Source: Eledone cirrhosa (Eukaryota). Taken from it: a stretch of DNA of 64,000 nt. Numbering within the stretch: the first letter of the stretch is position 1; each line of letters opens with the position of its first letter. Made by a program: the position numbers and the translations under genes. The notes beneath the pieces were generated by a model. It did not search any database. It was not told the DNA's origin and saw only the letters and a list, made by a program, of their open reading frames with translations. Shown here piece after piece: positions 58,571 through 64,000 of this stretch. The stretch spans positions 136,214,001 through 136,278,000 of the forward strand of contig OZ024742.1 of NCBI GenBank assembly GCA_964016885.1. Direction: 5' to 3'.

Positions 58571-58828
58571 TTGAACAACCTGCTCATGAAATTAACGTGT
58601 AAGTGGCTGAGCATTCCACAGACACACGCATCATTAACGTAGTTCTCAGGGAGATTCAGCTTGACACAGTGTGTGACAAGGTTGTCCCCTTGAATTATAG
58701 GTACAACTTAGTTTTGCTGAGTGGACTAGATCGACATGAAATACAGTGTCTTGCTTAAGAGCAGAATGCACCATCACGGTCATACGATGGTGAACCGAAC
58801 ACCCTAACCACTAAGCCCCACACCTTCA
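58571..58828 (-). mobile_element. SINE family B copy (tail type 2)
   Basis: Minus-strand head GGCTTAGTGGTTAGGGTGTTCGG. Core GCTGAGTGGACTAG...TGAAATACAGTGTCTTGCT is shared with 4020-4277, but the tail differs. Confidence 0.8.
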
Positions 58829-58984
58829 GATGCATACATACATACAGATAGAATTCGACTGATATGGTCCCATATCTCATTCGTTTACCGAGTGAGGGTG
58901 GAACTCGTTAAATCGAAACAAGGAAACAATGTTTCATTTGGTCTTCCCATCGCTGATATTGGCTACCGGTTGCAACTCCTGGCA

Positions 58985-60011
58985 CAGACATACGTACACA
59001 TATATGTGCATATATGCATACATACATACACATGTATGTGTATATATGCATACATACACATATGTGTATATATATGCATACATTAATACACATATATGTG
59101 TATATGCATACATACATTCACATATATGTGTATATATGCATACATACATTCACATATATGTGTATATATGCATACATTCATACACATATGTGTGTATATG
59201 CATACATACATTCACATATATGTGTATATATGCATACATTCATACAAATATGTGTGTATATGTATACATACATTCACATATGTGTATATGCATACATACA
59301 TTCACATATATGTGTATATGCATACATACATACATACACATATGTGTGTATATATGCATACATTCATACATATATGTGTGTATATGCATACATACATTCA
59401 CATATATGTTTGTATATGCATACATACATTCACATATATGTGTATATGCATACATACATACATACACATATGTGTCTATATGCATACATTCATACACATA
59501 TGCATACACATATATGTATATATATATATGCATGCATACATACACATGTGTATATATGCATACATACATACACATATGTGTATATATGCATACATACATA
59601 CACATAATATATATATATATATGGAGGAAGTTATAGTTCACTTGAAGCATTGTGTAATGAGGTATAAACGTTTGTATATGTATAATAAAGCCAAAACAAT
59701 GCAGGTATGGACATAGAATAAAGAATGCAAATGCAAAAGATATTGTTGACAATTAGTCTTTTACCTTAGATTTATTTAAATGTCCTTAATTTTCGAGATA
59801 ATATCTCTTCTTCGGAGGGAAGTAAAGCGGTTAAACCAGTGTTCTAAATAGCTTGCCAAGTCATGCCGAAGAAGAGATATTATCTCGAAAATTAAGGACA
59901 TTTAAATAAATCTAAGGTAAAAGACTAATTGTCAACAATATCTTTTGCATTTGCATTCTTTATTCTATGTCCATACCTGCATTGTTTTGGCTTTATTATA
60001 CATATACAAAC

Positions 60012-60078
<67 letters not shown>

Positions 60079-60266
60079 TACATACACATATGTGTATATA
60101 TGCATACATACACATATGTGTATATATGCATACATACATACACATATGTGTATATATGCATACATTCATACAAATATGTGTGTATATATGCATACATACA
60201 TACACATATATGTGTATACATGCATACATTCATACACATATATATGTATATATGTATACATTCATA
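58985..60266. repeat. TATGCATACATAC(ATTC)ACATATATGTG-type minisatellite, split by the fold-back element at 59622-60018
   Basis: Variable units of about 24-36 bp on both sides of the insertion. Confidence 0.85.
59663..60018. repeat. Fold-back inverted repeat, 153-bp arms (59663-59815 / 59866-60018), 50-bp spacer
   Basis: Arms appear to be exact reverse complements. Each begins with CCGAAGA-A-GAGAT att ATCTC-GAAA (hammerhead-like core with a U-to-C change). Confidence 0.95.
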
Positions 60267-60349
60267 CTTTGGACACTCTCGCTCTGTATATTCCTCCTTT
60301 CCTCTGTACTGTGTCAAGTATTCTCTCTATTTACACGGCCAGATGTCTC

Positions 60350-60478
60350 TTAATTTGACTCTCTTCTCTTCTCTTCTCCGTCTGATTTTCCTCCACCCAC
60401 TCTCTCACCTTTCACCCACTCTCTCTCCCTCCATCTCCCCTTTCTCTCTCTCCCTCTCTCCCCATCCCCCTATCCGCT

Positions 60479-60522
<44 letters not shown>

Positions 60523-60760
60523 TCCCCCTCTATCTCCCTCTCTCCATCTCCCCCTCTATCTCCCTCTCTCCATCTCCCCCTCTCTCTCTCACTCCCTCTC
60601 TCCATCTCCCCCCTCTCTCTCATTTTCATCATTTAACCATTTGTAACTCTCCACCTCCTATTTCTATATCTCTCTTCATCCTATTCATCTCTCACTCTCC
60701 CCCACTCTAGTATTCACCCCCTCCTATTCTCCTTGGTCTTTCAGTACCATTTCTCTCTTC
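60350..60760. repeat. Polypyrimidine (CT/CCT-rich) low-complexity tract
   Basis: Direct reading. Confidence 0.85.
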
Positions 60761-61059
60761 ACCTAATATTTGTCTCTCTGTTTATCTCTGTATCTGCCCA
60801 CTGCTTATTAGTTTTGTAGAATGTTATCACAAATGCAACAGCATCTGTGGTGCCAAACGGCGTTATCACCACCACCATCATCACCATCATCATCACCCCC
60901 ATTTGCAGCCCCACTACCACCACCACTACCAATTCCCCACTACCATTATTACCGTTACCACCACCATCATCAACATCATCATTTCCACCATCACCAATCA
61001 CATTTATTACCATAGCTACCAAGGACACCACTGCCTCTGCAACCACAGTCATCATCCTT

Positions 61060-61091
<32 letters not shown>

Positions 61092-62309
61092 CAACCACAA
61101 CTACTGCTAAGTCAACCAGCCTATCTCTAATCAGTACGAACAATAAGCAATTAGTTTCCACCACTTACAAGTGGTCATTCTTTAAAAAAGGAAAGAAAAA
61201 AAGGAGAAATAAAAAAGAAGAGAAAAAAAATGAAATACCAATGAAAAGAATAAAAAAAAAGCAACAGCAATGAGAAGGGGGGGGGGGCAATATAGAGAAA
61301 AGGAAGACAACACAGAAGAGAAAGTAATTTCACACCCAACATGAACCACTTTAGTAAGAGACCAAATGAGCAGAGAATGAATATGCAGACAATTTGAATA
61401 TACATACATCTACACTCACTTACATACACACACATACATTAATACGTATTTACATGCACACACACTTATAAACCACGTACATACACATTCATACACTTAC
61501 ATACTCGTACATACACATACACACACTTACATACTCCTACATACACAAACACACAGTCATACATATTTACATGCACATACACTTCTTATAACCAGGTACA
61601 TACACATTCACACACTTACACGCACATACAGATCCATACACTTGCATACTTGTACATACACATACAGGCACTTACATGCACATAAATATATACACACAAA
61701 AAACACATTCAAACAGTCATACATACTCATTCAAACACACACACACATACATGTATACATACATCATATTGTTCTTATATATATATGAGTTGCACTGTTC
61801 TGTACGTCTTAAGAATATATTTTATTTTGAAGTTTTTTTCTCTCTGTTTAGAAACTAAGGACAGTTTTAGGGGTGTTTTTGCTTATTTTCTACATCACGA
61901 AGAATCTTACTTCTGTATATTAGCCATTTAAAATTTTTTGTCTACCGAAACTGAAGGCAAAATAGAATTCCAAGAACACACACACACACACACACACGCA
62001 TATACGCATATACATAACACCTACTGACACAAATATATTAAATATATATATACGTGTATGTATGTATACATACACATAAACACATATACACCCGCATACT
62101 TACATACATTGATACATACATATGTACTCAGACGCACACACACACACACACATACACACTGACTGACCGACAGACAGACAAACAGATAGAAATCTTTCAA
62201 AAGGAAATACAATTTTGATGTTGCTTCTCAGGTCTGTATCATCTTGTTTTATTTCCCATCCCCATTGTTTCAACCTCCAAACAAATGGTTAATTCATTCA
62301 TATATCATT

Positions 62310-62352
<43 letters not shown>

Positions 62353-62915
62353 GTGTGTGTGAAGAGGTGGACTAGCCATATAGGTATTTGAGTATTGCCC
62401 TGTGTTAAAAAAAAATTGAATAAATGGCTGTTGAAAATCCTGTTAACCCTGTTGTCACCAATCCGACTGTAACCACCTCTGGTTCTATGATACAAAAGTG
62501 CTTGTGTTACGTGTTTACGTTTATGTAAAATCTTTTTTATCATAATTTTTTGTAAGAACTTATAATTTTTGCTCCAAATATCAGCTTTATTATCACACAC
62601 CTACACTATTAAATCCCCTCAAATTTTTGATTATTTTCAAATTTATTTGAAGAATGTCATTAGATATATTGTAATGAAAGGCCTTTCTGATAAGGTAACG
62701 AGTAGTTGGATCGGTTTTAAGACCCACATCTGCTTTTGTTTGTATGTGCGTTCATGTTTTCCTGATTTTATTTTCACCATCGCTTTATTGACGACTCAAA
62801 CCAACTAACTACACACGCATACACATATATAAAAACATATTCATGCACGCATATCCACACGTATCTGTACACACGATATACATTATAAACAATAATCTGA
62901 GACAGGAAAATTGTT

Positions 62916-62977
62916 AGCCAGTTGTAGAATAACTTACTAGGAGGACAGCCAGTTGTAGAATAGCTTACTAGGAGGAC
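62916..62977. repeat. 31-bp direct tandem duplication
   Basis: AGCCAGTTGTAGAATA(A/G)CTTACTAGGAGGAC x2. Confidence 0.9.
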
Positions 62978-64000
62978 GGTTGAACTACAAATTATCTGAG
63001 ACGAGACTATAAATAGATTTAATCAGCATTGCCCTTCTCTCAAATATAATCAATTTTGCCCTTCCTCCAAATTTGTTGGACTTGTCTAAATACGATATCA
63101 ATAGAAATCAATATAGACAAAAAGAGAGCAGGAATTTAGCTGTTGATTCTAACGAGGGACGTGATTTATTAGATGGCAACTGTATTGGCTCATTAGATTT
63201 AGGGTAGAATGTTTGTATGAGTGAGTAGCAGCATAGTCCAAAATATGTGGGCAGTAGTGTGTGCAGTGCCCCCTGTGATTTGTAGATGCTACTGAGCATT
63301 AATGACGCAAAAAAGGCCTTTAATGTTAATGGCTAAAAGATAGGAGGAAATCATACATCCTCCGAGAATAGTATCTGACATTTGTGGGCGGAGTAGTGTC
63401 CCTTAAGTCGACCGCAAAATACTTCACTGATGCTTATTTGATCGACCTGGTGGGATTTAAACTAAACCGCATAAATATTTCGCTAACAAAACGGACGCAA
63501 TTAAAGTAAATACCGTAAGACTTAAAATCTCCGCTCAATTGATCTGGCAAACAGAGCCCAAATAATGATAATGATTTACAACACACCCACAAGTGTTATT
63601 GAGGGAGATTATAAGTAGACTATAAGGCAGACAATTGGCAGAGTTGTTAGGGACTCGTATTAAATGCGTCGGAATTTGTTTGGGCACACTATCCTTTGAG
63701 TTCAAGTTCAGTTCTGTGGTCAACACACATACTCACTCTTTTTCTGTCTCGCTTTAGACGCTCCTGCAACATCAACAGGAGTTAAGAATCAAAAGAAGAA
63801 AATAGATTACACCTATTCAGTACGTGACCGGTACATACAGGCCAGACTAGGCGAGGCTATGCGGGATGCAGTTGGCACAGGCCTACAGTTTTCAGAAGGT
63901 GGAGATATTTTACTTTGGTGTTTATAAGTACATTATCGGAATCCATGCATACATGTATTTAGCACCGATTAATTAGAATACGTACAACCAGTTTCGAATG

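Noticed and set aside
58985-60266. CRISPR-like appearance of repeated units
   Set aside because: No unique spacers; it is a eukaryotic minisatellite.

Overview
AT-rich, repeat-dominated eukaryotic (animal) DNA. The SINE families and the extreme (TA)n/(CA)n microsatellite load resemble octopod cephalopod genomes; this is inferred from memory of such repeats, not verified. No host protein-coding gene can be supported, and almost all long ORFs in the track are microsatellite artefacts. Supported content: (1) an uninterrupted 5'-truncated RTE-type LINE reverse transcriptase ORF (30828-31824, minus); (2) a decayed Rex3/Expander-like RTE fragment with a twin-priming-type 5' inversion (54580-55309); (3) a decayed Helitron RepHel fossil (about 23722-25195); (4) many tRNA-derived SINE copies from at least two families, some in head-to-tail arrays; (5) several MITE- or Helentron-like fragments; (6) a 4.4-kb alternating purine-pyrimidine microsatellite; (7) a 200-N scaffold gap. 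The most notable signal is a set of mutually unrelated type I hammerhead-ribozyme-like motifs (about 8 loci between 34.6 and 60.0 kb). They look like Penelope-like element pLTR remnants, mostly embedded in (TA)n tracts. Three of them are duplicated as 120-155 bp fold-back inverted repeats whose breakpoints lie at or just upstream of the ribozyme core. Coordinates were read by eye and may be off by a few bases.
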